Assembly: GCA_977862235.1 (NCBI GenBank) | Contig: OZ374559.1 | Location: 2,976,001 to 3,040,000 of the forward strand | Source: Dudresnaya verticillata | Lineage: Eukaryota | Direction of reading: 5' to 3' | Length of the DNA stretch: 64,000 nt | Shown here: positions 36,386-47,937 of the stretch, one piece after another | How the letters are laid out: every line of letters begins with the position of its first letter | How positions within the stretch are numbered: position 1 is the first letter of the stretch | The notes under the pieces: model-generated | Seen by the model: only the letters and a program-made list of their open reading frames with translations | What the model was told of the DNA's origin: nothing | The model's database searches: none | Position numbers and translations under genes: made by a program

Positions 36386-36907
36386 TTATATTGTCACCTC
36401 CTCCCCTTCGCGGCTGACCTCCTCCGCATCCAAAGGTCTTCTTGTGAGATTCCTCCCAGTGACAGCTAGAGACTCATCAATAGCGGCATTAATAGTGGCA
36501 GCAGATTCGTCGATAACTTTCAGGGTTTGATAAGCAGAGGGTTGCTCCTCGGATCCAACAGCGGCCTCCTCAGCTGCACCCTCCTCATCGTCAGCCTCGT
36601 CGCCAATCCGAATGGTGAACGAAAGCGGTTCCGTAATGGCCGTGTGTCGGTCCCAGACCGTCATGTCGGTCGCAAAGACACCGGTCGACGTGTTCTTGAA
36701 GCGGATCAGCATTGGCTCGTACTCCGTTCCCTCCCCCGGTCGAAATCCCGTTCTTCGAAGATCAGCGTCCACTAGAACTGAAGGGCTGTTCAAGCTGTGG
36801 ATAGAGGCGAAGGTTCCCAGGCTCAGCGCGCCTGTCATCACTCCGATGAGCGGGTAGATGTCTGGCTTGATCCAGTGCGCCCGAAAGGCGGTCCATGAAG
36901 ACGACAT
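36386..36907 (-). CDS. B12D / NDUFA4-like protein with acidic C-terminal extension (173 aa)
   Basis: WIKPDIYPLIGVMTGALSLGTF...SPSV resembles the B12D signature (W++PEvYPL, TM, PDV). Confidence 0.7.
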   Translation of the reverse strand: MSSSWTAFRAHWIKPDIYPLIGVMTGALSLGTFASIHSLNSPSVLVDADLRRTGFRPGEGTEYEPMLIRFKNTSTGVFATDMTVWDRHTAITEPLSFTIRIGDEADDEEGAAEEAAVGSEEQPSAYQTLKVIDESAATINAAIDESLAVTGRNLTRRPLDAEEVSREGEEVTI

Positions 36908-39900
36908 TCTTGCCTGCGGTATGGAAGCTGCGTAGCTGTTGCAGTAGCGATGATGGATTTGATGGATGGTGTAGGTTTTCAGTTGCTCACGTTTGTTTGA
37001 TGGTTGCTTTCTCACGTCTGTGGTGGGGTGAGCGGTCGCGGCATAAGTAGAGAATGTCGTGCTCCGTCCACGTCGCGCGATGAAAGCAGGGTGTGTATTG
37101 CGCGTGAAGAGCAGTTACTAGAAAGGTACGTCCCCGCGTCAAGGTCACAGACACTAGGTCGTTTCGCGCATCGCTCGCTCGAATGTTGCAATCTGGTGCG
37201 CATGTGCAACGCGGTGTTGCGGGTGTTGTTCTGGGAGAGGAGGAGTTGCACTGAGTTGTACCGCGGGATGTCTGCAGCAAAACATTGGCCGACTTGATTT
37301 TTTTTGGTTGTTGCAGGGATGTTGCACCTACGGATCTTTCGAAGCTGTCGCCTCGAATTGCTGAGAAAATCAAGTCGCATCCCGCAAGACATATCCCTTG
37401 GACACGGCTTGTGATGCTTCCTCCGCAAGGGAAGTACTCCCGTGGCAGATTCGACCTGCTATGCAGCCAATGGCATGAGATGTTGGGGCAATCTGCGCTC
37501 CTACTTGAAAGCAAAGTGCAAACTGTTTGACTAACATCCACTACTGTCACTACAACTCCCAGGAAAACGCCAAAGGTGTCTACAATGGCGCCTCTTGGCT
37601 CTGCAGCGGATTTCCGTAGATCAGAGAGATATGTTCCTGTGCGCAGCAGCTTCCAGAGATGAGGACTCAGTTCAGTCAAGAGCAGGGTGTGTTCCATAGC
37701 ATACCCTCCACTACCCCGTTGCATATTTTTCACGTTCTAGCCACTCTCAAGCAAAGAGGACTCCAGAGCTTTTGAGCAGGTGTCTTGCTCGAAGACCTTG
37801 CTTGCCGTTGCTCGCTTTGTCCGTCAACGAGTCCTGTGCTCAGTATATATTCGAAAAAGTAGAGGAAAGTGCAGTGTGGGAAGGTCCAGGCTCAGAATAA
37901 TGCAGGTTGCAAGATAAGGCCGGGTTGTTGGTCAAAAGAAACTCTTATATCACGCTTAATATAACCCACCAAGTTGCCCCTTTCCTCGGGGTGGTCGTCT
38001 CGGTGACGAGGTCCGTGGCAGCAAACCGGTTGGCGAGACCCCGGCCCTTTGCGTATGTTTCCTCTCCCATCCAGTATGATATCTGTGTCGTGTCTCAAGC
38101 TTTGGATGTTACCGGCCGTCGGCTTTCACTTACTGGATCCATCGCATTTGAATATTCACAGCTTCCTGCTTCTCTTCAACAAGATCAGCTGTAGCTCCCT
38201 ATTTCTTCATCATTTAAAGGGAAGAAATAAAGTTGCCGACACACAAAAGGAATTGAAAATGATCGGATTGTGCATCAACTGTGCCAATATAATATTGTGT
38301 CAGCTATTGTCATAAGATTTGTGTATGGAAGAGGGCGCTCAAGACAAAAGGCCCTGTATCTACCAAATAAATTGCCGGTCGTGGTTATTAGCTTTAAGCT
38401 GAAAATGACCTGCTATTTAATTGCTAGCGTGTTCAGTTTAATGCTGGCCATGGCCGATTGTTTATCGAGCTCTATATTTTTGTTGTCGTTGTTGAAAGAA
38501 AATGGTAAAACATTGTAACGAGTAAACCCTTCAGATCTGTGCTTTTGAGAGGGAAAAGGTATTACAAATAGGTCATTATTATTATTAATTAATAAAACAA
38601 ATCCGCACAATGTGCTTTTGTTGCTTTCTATGCCATGTTGACCCTTTTTGCTCCAGACAAAAAACAGTCACTGAAGCGCGCCACGCTCGTCGCAAGTAAA
38701 AACCTCTCGATGCTCAAGCGACGAAAACGTCAAAGACGTTGTGCTTCCACGCCGCCTCTCGAGAAGTGCGCTGCAGAACAAGGCGCAGTCCGCCGCAGCC
38801 GCGCGTACCATCGACACTACAACCGAGCACGACGTCGCCGCGCGCGCAGTCTGTTCGGAGCTGACAACCGCCGCGCCGTTGCCCCGCACGCCCGCCCGAG
38901 CAACGCAGCGCTGCGAATCGCGGCAACAATCGCATCCGCCGTGAGCGCGACCCGGCCTTCCGAGAGCGTGTGTTCTGCCCGGCGCGCGACCGCGCCATCG
39001 CGGCACGGCCGGCGCCTGTTGCACGGGCCGTTGCCGCGTCTTGTCGACAGACTTTTCAGCGTGCGTTTGTTTGCGGCGGCAACTCTGCGCAGAAAGAGCT
39101 CGGCAATGACCCACGCACCACGGACGCCCTGAAACAATGAGGGCAGCGAGGCCGGCTGGTACTTTGTACGGGTAATGCCAAGATCTGCCCGCCGTCTGCT
39201 TGTACATCGTAACCTGCCGGGATGCTTTCCAGGTCTGCTGCTGCTGCTACGCAACGCAAGGCCGTTCTGATTTGCCACGCACATGTGCACAGCCGCGTCT
39301 TCACCAATGTCATGCATTCGTGCAATCGCCAACCGCCACCGTTCGCACAAACAGACGCATCTAGTCGCCTCCGCTTCAGCGCAGATACGCTGCGCCCCAA
39401 GAGCCAAAGCGCGCCCTCCGTGTACACTCCGGGCATGAGTCTGGTACGTACCTGCCAACCACAGCCACCCCCGCCGCTGCAAACTGCCTGCATCCGACAG
39501 AGAGAGCTCCAAACCTTATCGCTTGGCAACTACTACATACAGCACTCCAGTAAGTCATGGGCGGCGCACCTCGACACCTGTCAGCCGCAAGGCCGAACGA
39601 GCCAAGCATTCTCGCCCGCTGCCTAGATACCTACGCTTCCGTCGTCCCCAGAACGGCACATGCAAGGATGAGCCACCCGTGGCAACAGCAGCAGCACTAG
39701 CAACACATCGGCTGCCGCTATGACTTTGCCAGCAAACTTGGGGGACACCACCACTGCTGCCGCCATACGTCATGGCTGGAAGGCACAGCTAGCAAAGCTG
39801 AAAGGTCTGCCGGGGCTGTCTGAACCGAGAGCCTGCATTGCAGATAGATGTATCTTACCGTCTGTACCCACGAAACGCCTCGCGTCGTGAGTGAGAAGGC

Positions 39901-41076
39901 GTCAACGTTTCACGCTGCGGCGCGACGGACTTCTTCTTCCACAGAGCAATCACAGTTCACACAGCAACGTCCTACAGCGATGAGCGTCCCACCAGTTCGG
40001 GACGGACACCGTCCGTCGTCGGGTGACAGTTGTGCGCCCAAAACCGAAGATCGCGGCATACAGCGCGACAGCCAAAAGCGGCCAATCCGGTCTCCGAGCC
40101 AATCGCAGGCACCGAGCCGATAGCCTCCGCCGCTCGTCTTCGCCATCCGCAGCTGCCTGCGCATGCACCAACAGCCTTCACCGAAGCCGCGCTGCCCCCG
40201 CCCGCTGTCCCCGCGCCGCGCGGGATCGTCAGGCGCGCACTTCGCACCGCCTGTCAGTGTGCTCACCCTCTATGCTCAGATCGCACCTCGCCGTCTTCGC
40301 CTCGCTATGCTGCAGTCACCGTACCGATTTTCTCTCCCAACCGTGGACCAGCTGTTGCTGTTGCAGCACGCTGAGAGTGTCAACTTGAGCAAGAAAACGT
40401 TTCTGCGAGCAACTTGCCCAAGGAAGGGTCGACTGTATTTCAATCCAAGTCCCGGTAACAGTCCCGCGCCCTGCGTGAATTAGCTTCCCCATCGGGTAAC
40501 AGCTGGAGCTGAGGCAGCAACCCTGTTTGTTTGTCCCTCTCTGTTTCCCCGTGTCCTCCAGGTTGCAAAGATATTTCCCTGTGATAGCCAACCTGCGTAT
40601 GTGTTGCCCCGCAACATTTACGGGTACGCTGTCACCCCTAAGGGGCTGACTGCAAACTCACTTCTCTCTGTCTGCAGCTGTCGTACTCCTTTTCGGCTAC
40701 ACTTTCTGTGTTGCCTCTCTCTCTCGCACGCACCACGTCTCATCATTTTTGCTTTGCTATGTGTGTCGCATCACATTGATTTACTGCCTACCGTTCGTGG
40801 CAGCGCGATTGCCAGATTGCACCTTGCCGGCAGCAGCGGCTGCTGGGCGTGTCTGTGCGGTACTTCCCATTTTGTAGCCATCCTTACGGACACACTCATG
40901 ACAAGCTATCCCCACCTTTTCAGGGCCGAGCAGTTGTGCATAAATACCGCCCGATTCCGTCCCTGATCCGTCTCTCCCGACCAAGCCACAATCTGTCTCA
41001 GTCTTCCAACACCAACCCGATCCAAACCCACAACCTACTCCTTCGCACAACCATTCACCCACCCACCACAGTCACG

Positions 41077-41475
41077 ATGATTCCCACCAACCGCCTCACA
41101 GTATTTCTCGTGGCCGCTGTGCTTCTCTCCTTCGCCAATGCCGATGTGTCTACTTCCGCTGCCATGGACCCTCTGGACGAGGCCGTGACGCTGCACGCCT
41201 TCTCCCCACAGGCCGATCTGCCCATGCTGGAGCGTCGCACAGTCTCCTTGAAGGAGATCATCAAGGCTATTAAGAAGTTCTTCAAGATCGCTCTCCGTGC
41301 CGCCGCTTCTGACCGCGAGACTGCTACCAAGATCTGCGAAATTCTCCAAAAGTGCATCAAAGAAATCCTGGCACTCCTTCCCACCAGCCGCCTCATGAAG
41401 CTGCTCATCCGCCTCCTTATTCTTATTTTGCGTTGGCTCGATTGCCTGGTTCGCCCCATCGATATTGTCGCCTAG
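41077..41475 (+). CDS. Secreted prepro-protein with three amphipathic helical segments (132 aa)
   Basis: Signal peptide (..VFLVAAVLLSFANA), acidic pro-piece, ERR site. Strong C/G-ending codon bias. CATAAATA near 40939 and a C-rich leader. Confidence 0.8.
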   Translation: MIPTNRLTVFLVAAVLLSFANADVSTSAAMDPLDEAVTLHAFSPQADLPMLERRTVSLKEIIKAIKKFFKIALRAAASDRETATKICEILQKCIKEILALLPTSRLMKLLIRLLILILRWLDCLVRPIDIVA

Positions 41476-42501
41476 GGTGGATTTCGGGTGATACTCTGGG
41501 GAGAGACTGCGTACATCGTAATTGCCAGTAGTCCTATGGGATAGAAGACCAGTGTGAAAAGATGCATTCGAGACTAAGGCCGTTGTTGTTTCTCAAGGCT
41601 GCTAGGTTAGATATCACATCACTTTCTTTGCAAATTATACAGCCAAAGAAGGGTAAAGACGCTATTGTGCTCTGCTAGACCTGAGCTCAAATTCGTAGCA
41701 AAGAACCCTATTTAGACGCTCACAGAGTGATCTCCTCTTCTGGGCATGCGAGGGATTACTTCTTTTTCATCTTGTCTGTGTCGGAGTGGAGGCGGCACAC
41801 AGAGCTGTGGTTACGGGAAATATGGGACGATGGAAAGAAATGCATCACCTCTTGTTTTCACGGCTCAGCAAACAAAATAGCGAACCTTTATCGTGTGGTA
41901 ACCTCTCGTTCTTGGACCGTCAGCGCAGTCAGATCCCGGTAGCGCGATCGATGGAGGTAGGATGAGCTCAGGGATGGCAAGGTCACTTCCCTCTCCGTCC
42001 ATTGGGGATCTCGCCATCTGCCCGGGTCACGCTGATGTAGTATGTGCAGTACAGCACTTGGATATGTGGTTGGTGAATGCTACATACGCATATGCGAATG
42101 CGCTCTCCGCATGCGACAGTCCGAATACCACGAACACGGCACAAGGAAGTTCACTGTGGTGAGGAGTTCAGTCAGGCCTATTGGCGCTGTAATGGAAGCG
42201 GATACGGAAAGGGTAAGGCGACAGCTTCAGTGAAGGTAATGTTCGCCGGTAATGAAAGTTGTACATAGATGTACACATCTACAAGTTGGCGTAGGCAAAT
42301 GCTTCTGAGTGCAGGACAATAGCCCATCCCAGCAGTGCGCCGGCATAGGGGCCCAAGTTGCCCGCGCTGGATCACCTTAAACAATATATAAATACAACAT
42401 CACAATAGCCCAACCGTTTGACAGAACTCTTTAAGCCACATATATATATAGGGATATTGGTATTAGAATTTAGAAAATAGAACCGAATGCTGCCGTAATC
42501 A

Positions 42502-42716
42502 GGCAAGTTCCGTCCTTTCTCCCAACCACCCGCACCATTCCATTCTGGCTTTCATCATTCAAGTAACCGTCCTTTCCGTCCTTTCTGGTCATGCAGACCT
42601 AGTACATATGTACCTATACAATATTTTCTTGGCATTACTCGTTTCTCAAACAAGTGCGGCTTTACAATGAAGGCCACATTTCCTTTTAAAACCGGTCCTT
42701 TTCAACCAGCAGTGTG
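42502..42716 (+). repeat. Dispersed non-coding repeat starting GGCAAGTTCCGTCCTTTCTCCC, copy 1
   Basis: Aligns with 46805-47014; shared blocks include TCTGGTCATGCAGACCT, GCATTACTC and ACATTTCCTTTT. Confidence 0.7.
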
Positions 42717-44739
42717 ACGCTGTCCTGTGTGGACCTGCAACTAGTAGCTGAAGAATGTTTTTACATTGCAAGCACTTCAGCTGCAATAAGCACTTAAGGG
42801 ATAATAAAGCGGAGGAGGTGTAGACAGCGAAACAGAATAAAAGCGTACGCATTAGGCTCTTCGTGGCTGCAGCCAAGCTGCCTCAAAAAGTACACATGTT
42901 TTCCACAAGTGCAATTGCTTCGCTGTAGAAATCGGGGTTGTCACCTCGTAGCTATCACCCTAAGTTTCCAGTGTAGCTCAATATAACAGCTCATCTTTTT
43001 TTCATATTCGCTTGCAAGCTTTCCAGCTCTTTGAAGAGTTAATGCGAAGCTAAGCGGCTCTCACATCTTATTTTCGCCCTCTTCAAGATTTCAAGATTGC
43101 AAGAGGAAATAATTATACCGCTCTTTCTGTTCTTGTTCTTTGTTCTGGTTAGATATTTGAATTTAATGGCTGCACACTGCGTTAAGTAGGCAAACGCCGG
43201 TGACAACAGCCCACCTGCAGCATCAAATATCATTAAGGAGGGTTTCCAAGGGGGATGAGGTGCTAATAGGTTGGAAATGATGTTGTTCTTTTTTGGTTGT
43301 TTAAAGTGGTCCTACGCGGGCAGCTCGGGCACATTTGCAGGCACATGTAGGATTCCTAAGAGGGCTCGGTGGCTCATTATTCAGTATAACTTGGTGGCGA
43401 TGGGTGTTCCTGGGAGCAGGGTACCTTACAGTCCGTGTATTTCGTTGCGTGTCATGGAGATCTTGATACAAGGAAGGGGGATTGGGAAGTGAGGAGTTGT
43501 AAGTATGGAATACTGGGTGAAGCGAGCGGGGTAAAAAGATGCAGGGTTTCAAGCCATTCGGTACAGCATTGAAATTGTTGGGGTTAAGGTCTTCGTGAAA
43601 CAAGTGAGTGAGGTCAGAAACTTGGATCTTGTCGACTTTTGAGGCATGCATGAAGGAAGGCTGGGTCGCCTGCTCCGCATTGGCATTGTTGGTTAGGAGC
43701 GGCCTATTTGGGGCTGCTGTTGATCCAGATGTTAAAGCCAAACGTGGCGCCCGTCTCGTGCTGAATAGAGCTTTGGCTTTCAATCAATAAAATGGATAAA
43801 AGCCTTTCTCCCTTATTTCTGACAGGAGAGCTTTGCCCTTCCGCGTGCAGTCTATCAGCGCGGCTGCTACCCAGGATCTCCCACCTCCGTCCCCGCTAGT
43901 GAAGAAGACGTATGGAAGAAGAGGGTTTACTGTGCCGCGTGCGTGACTACTGTACCGCCTGTGGGTCGCGCGCACGGTTCATGCCCGCTGGCTTGGACGT
44001 GGTGTCTAACTACATCGATTAGCCTCACGTGGACGCCGTCGCCGGTGTTCCGCAAAAAGGAGTTAAACTGTACTGTTCTACATTTGCACAACCGCGTTAC
44101 CGGCATTTCTACAGAGTAACAATACTTACTCTTTCACTGCAGCGAAACTGGTGCATTCCGAACAATTGCAAACAGCAGTGCGTGACTAGCAATCTAGCTA
44201 TCTCCTTTCCATGATGCGGCAGGAGTCTTGCGATTCTTTTTCGGATTCTGAGGCGACTTTTACAGTTTACTCCTTCCCAATACCAGTTGTTTTTGCTCAT
44301 TTTGGAGCTTAAGTTCGTACAGCTAATTTATCTTGACCTTGGTAGTGCACCACGTCGGGGTATTGGCATTCAAAACCCCCACGGGATCCGTTGCACCAAC
44401 TTTATTATTCAAATATGAGCCTCTAAAAGTAGCATTTATACATTGTGCGTATCATGTATGCTATCGAGGAGCAGTGAGAGGTTCCCGTTTTCGGTGACAT
44501 GTCTAGCGCTCCAATTCAGATCTCATGTTGGTGGGGGTTGCAGGGTGGGTTGGCACGCTCTGATGCAACTTGCACTAGAGCGTGCAAACCCAGCGGGTCC
44601 GGGGGCATCATGTTCAATCGGAAGTTCACATGCGGTACTACATACATTTGATGCATATTGTATATTTATGACGAGTGCTTGCCATCATGAGATTTCCACA
44701 GCAGCGAGACAGAAACCAGACAGAAGCGAAGATGGTCTC

Positions 44740-45290
44740 CAGCAGGTCTTGAATGAACGATGAGGGACTCGAGGTGGGATCACATTGCGACGGCAGTCGT
44801 TTCGTAATTCTCCAGGTCGGATAATTTCACACGCCGTCGTGATTCTCGACAGCTCTTGCGTTAGGAGCATTCCTTGGGCGAATATAGAGGCGATCAACTT
44901 GGTATGGACGTATGTGCTGATGATTCTGGATTTGCTCCAAAGCCTCAGGCATTTGACGTCTCCGTTGTTACCCTGCACACTGGTACTGCTCCTCATCCCA
45001 TTTAGCACCGTGCTATCCATGTTCGCGAAGCAGAGAAAAGACGGCAATACCGCCGATTATGTGCCAGCAACATGATCTCCATGCGATGGGGATGGACAAC
45101 ATCTACGGTGCCATTGGCCCAGTCTTTGATCGTGGTGCCTAGCGTGGGGCCACCTTCTTAGCCATAAAGAAGGGAATATCCCCTACGGCCGAGAAATTTT
45201 CGCTGCTTACCCGTCTCACTTCGTTAGTTCTAAAATGCGTTCCTGTGGCTGTTAAACGACGTAAGCTGGTTGACCGTGGCCTGGAGCGCG
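44740..45290 (+). mobile_element. REL-class non-LTR retrotransposon relic (family 1)
   Basis: Stop-interrupted translation GDQLGMDVCADDSGFAPKPQAFDVSVV...YRRLC...IYGAIG...FSLLTRLTSLVL is homologous to 57945-58460. Confidence 0.7.
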
Positions 45291-45757
45291 GTTCTTGTTA
45301 AGCTCCTTGACGGGCTTCTAGATTTCTGGTAAATAAAATGAATAAATGTTAATAATAACAAGTACAAGCCGATTGATGAAAAAGAGAAGTAACGGAACAC
45401 TTGGGAGATCGAACTGCCAATTAAATGGGTATTCTTAGAGCAGCAACGAACGCAAACCGTTTCAAACTGTTTGAAAAAAGCATTCTACCCTTATGATCCT
45501 TTCAAAAATAGTGTTTCTATGAATGGTTTCTGAAGAGAATTAATAGAAACACTGCAAGTACTTGATTCGAGTTCCTGTCAACCTGGAAACAGCGATATCT
45601 TCTTGCACTCCAGTATAAATTATTCTCAGCATGAGTGTCATATGCTGAAGCAAGGTTTTTTGTTGTCAAGACCCCTTATATGGAGACAGCAACAATAACT
45701 GTCATGAATGCCTTTATTTATTAACGTCAATAGTCTGGAACAAAGAGATGGAGATCC

Positions 45758-45892
45758 GTAAGGGGGCTTACCTAAAACTCACCTGAAATACGACAGTCGA
45801 AGAGTAAACGGCGGATAACAGCCACCGCGACTGTGCGACTGAGAAACCATCTCAGATATCGGCGAAGTACCCTTCATAGTAGCTAGGAAATT
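45758..45892 (-). mobile_element. Short internally deleted relic of family 1
   Basis: Nucleotide match to 57931-58090 (GTAAGGGGGC, ACGGCGGATAACAGCCACCGCGAC, AAGTACCCTTCATAGTAGCTAGG). Confidence 0.7.
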
Positions 45893-46804
45893 CTGGAACA
45901 AAAGTACCATCTCTCCATTTTTGCAACAATCCAAATGTTGCGAAGAGCTGCACACTTAGCTCTACCCTCGGCTTGGCTCTAACATGTACATATTGAGGTG
46001 GCTTCGTCTGATGGCGCACACAAATACACAGACGGTAGTGGCTTGATGGTTGAATGAACTGGACTTTGAAGCTTGATCAAATAAAGCCTCCTCGAAAGTA
46101 GGTGCATGCTTGCATTCGGCAGGCAGTGCAGTTCTTCTCGAAATAGCTGCAGGTTTGGTTTTGGAAGAGAGCAACTGTCTGGACTGCAACATGTGAATTG
46201 TTTGAGAATATGTTACAAAATGGTTATGATTATGATGACAGAAGTCAAAAAACTTCTCAGGTCCGCCATGATTTGGGTTGGGCTGGTGATTCATCCAAAA
46301 TGGCCCTCAGAAAGTCCTGAAGCTTCTTTGCATATAGCAAAGATAGGACCCCGAAGTGACCAGCAGCATATAAGGCGAAGAAGAAGAGCTACTGTTGAAC
46401 TCGGGTACGATCGGTATTGTGAATTCCACCATCAATACTACGCCCCTGACTTTTTCACAAACTATCTTCCTGGAATTGGTCCTCAGCAACAAAAAAGGTT
46501 CCAGATGGAACCATTCGTTTCTATACTCATCCGTACTGTTATACTGATTACCTGTGTCTTGACTGCCTTTTCCTTGGATGAAAAGGTACTACTAAGGATA
46601 GGGAGCAGTGCCGATCGTTCTACGGTTTATCGATCGTAAGCTATCAACGATAACTTCTTCGGTACTCTGTAATATATATCGTGTGAGCAATTCCAATATG
46701 TCATCGGGATCAATACGCTCAAGTCAACGAGAACAGGACTAACGCAGAACGTTCGAGGCCTCCATATAAGGACACTAGCAGTCCTAGAGCCACTAATCTA
46801 CCGC

Positions 46805-47014
46805 GGCAAGTTCCGTCCTTTCTCCCGCCCACCCACTCCTTTTTCACACAGGCTTTAAAATCACAAGTTACCGTCCATTCTGGTCATGCAGACCTGGCAA
46901 AACAATGCAATAACTGACTTCCTTTGCATTACTCATTTCTGAATCAAGTTGGTCTTTAATAATAAAGGCTACATTTCCTTTTCAAAGACTTGCTCCCTAA
47001 AAGAAGAACTGTGG
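46805..47014 (+). repeat. Dispersed non-coding repeat, copy 2
   Basis: Aligns with 42502-42716. Confidence 0.7.
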
Positions 47015-47937
47015 AACAGATTTCGGGTCTCTAAGCAAGAGAGAGCTTTGAGGTTTTGCTCGGCGATGCTGGCAGATGGAAAGGATACCGCTCTAGTCGT
47101 TCGGTTTGTCTTCCACATGGCAGACAGTTAACACCCGAATACAATAAACCGTTCTTGTGCAGGGCAAGTCTGCGACTATCTTGTGACCTGAAGCCATGTC
47201 AACAACTGAATGCCGCACAATTCCGTTGGAACCACGCTTGGGCAAGATTCGTTATCGTTGTTGTTGGTGTAATTCAGTTGGGGGTGCATTTCGAGATCTC
47301 TGTATGACGCTGAGTCGACTCTAGGAGAAAGACATTCTTGCTGCTCAAGTCGATGAATCCGGCTGCGCACAGCAGGAACACTTTTAAACACAGCGACTAC
47401 CCTGTACGAGAAGGGTGGGTCAGAGGGAGCACCTCCAAGGTGTGGCGTGTCTGCTTCAAAAAGGGATTGTCTGTCGTTCAGGAAGAGGAATGTGTGGACG
47501 TGTATTACCACACTGTATTACCTGCCTTGCGTGTTGTTCAACAGCTTACATACGTACGTGAGCTTCAGAGCAGGTGCCCAGATCGTCAGCCTTTCTCGCC
47601 TTCTCCGGTTTTTGTTTTGCTGCCTTCGTAACAACGTTTTACCGGAATCGAGTTATCGATGCAGCCGATGCAACTTTGCACAGAGCTTTGTATAGTCTGC
47701 TCGCCACGTACCCGCCTTGGCAGAGCATACTGCGACTTCGCTCTGTCACACACTTCTTAGTAACCCGTGTTAACCGCTGTTCATGGTCATTGATCGTTTG
47801 TTGATCGTTCAGTCAGTGATCGTTCAGTGATCGCCCCTTAATCAATCGCGGGAAGCAAACTGCTCGTGTCGTTTATTTACTTGAGCACCTCTCCGTCATC
47901 CTCGTAAAAAGTGCGATGCAACCTGCAGCCCCACACC

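Noticed and set aside
38635..40483. GC-rich region with many overlapping ORFs
   Set aside because: No coherent frame or domain; may be a decayed gene.
43271..43790. Possible further LINE relic (similar signal at 60100-60950)
   Set aside because: Similarity too weak to assert by eye.
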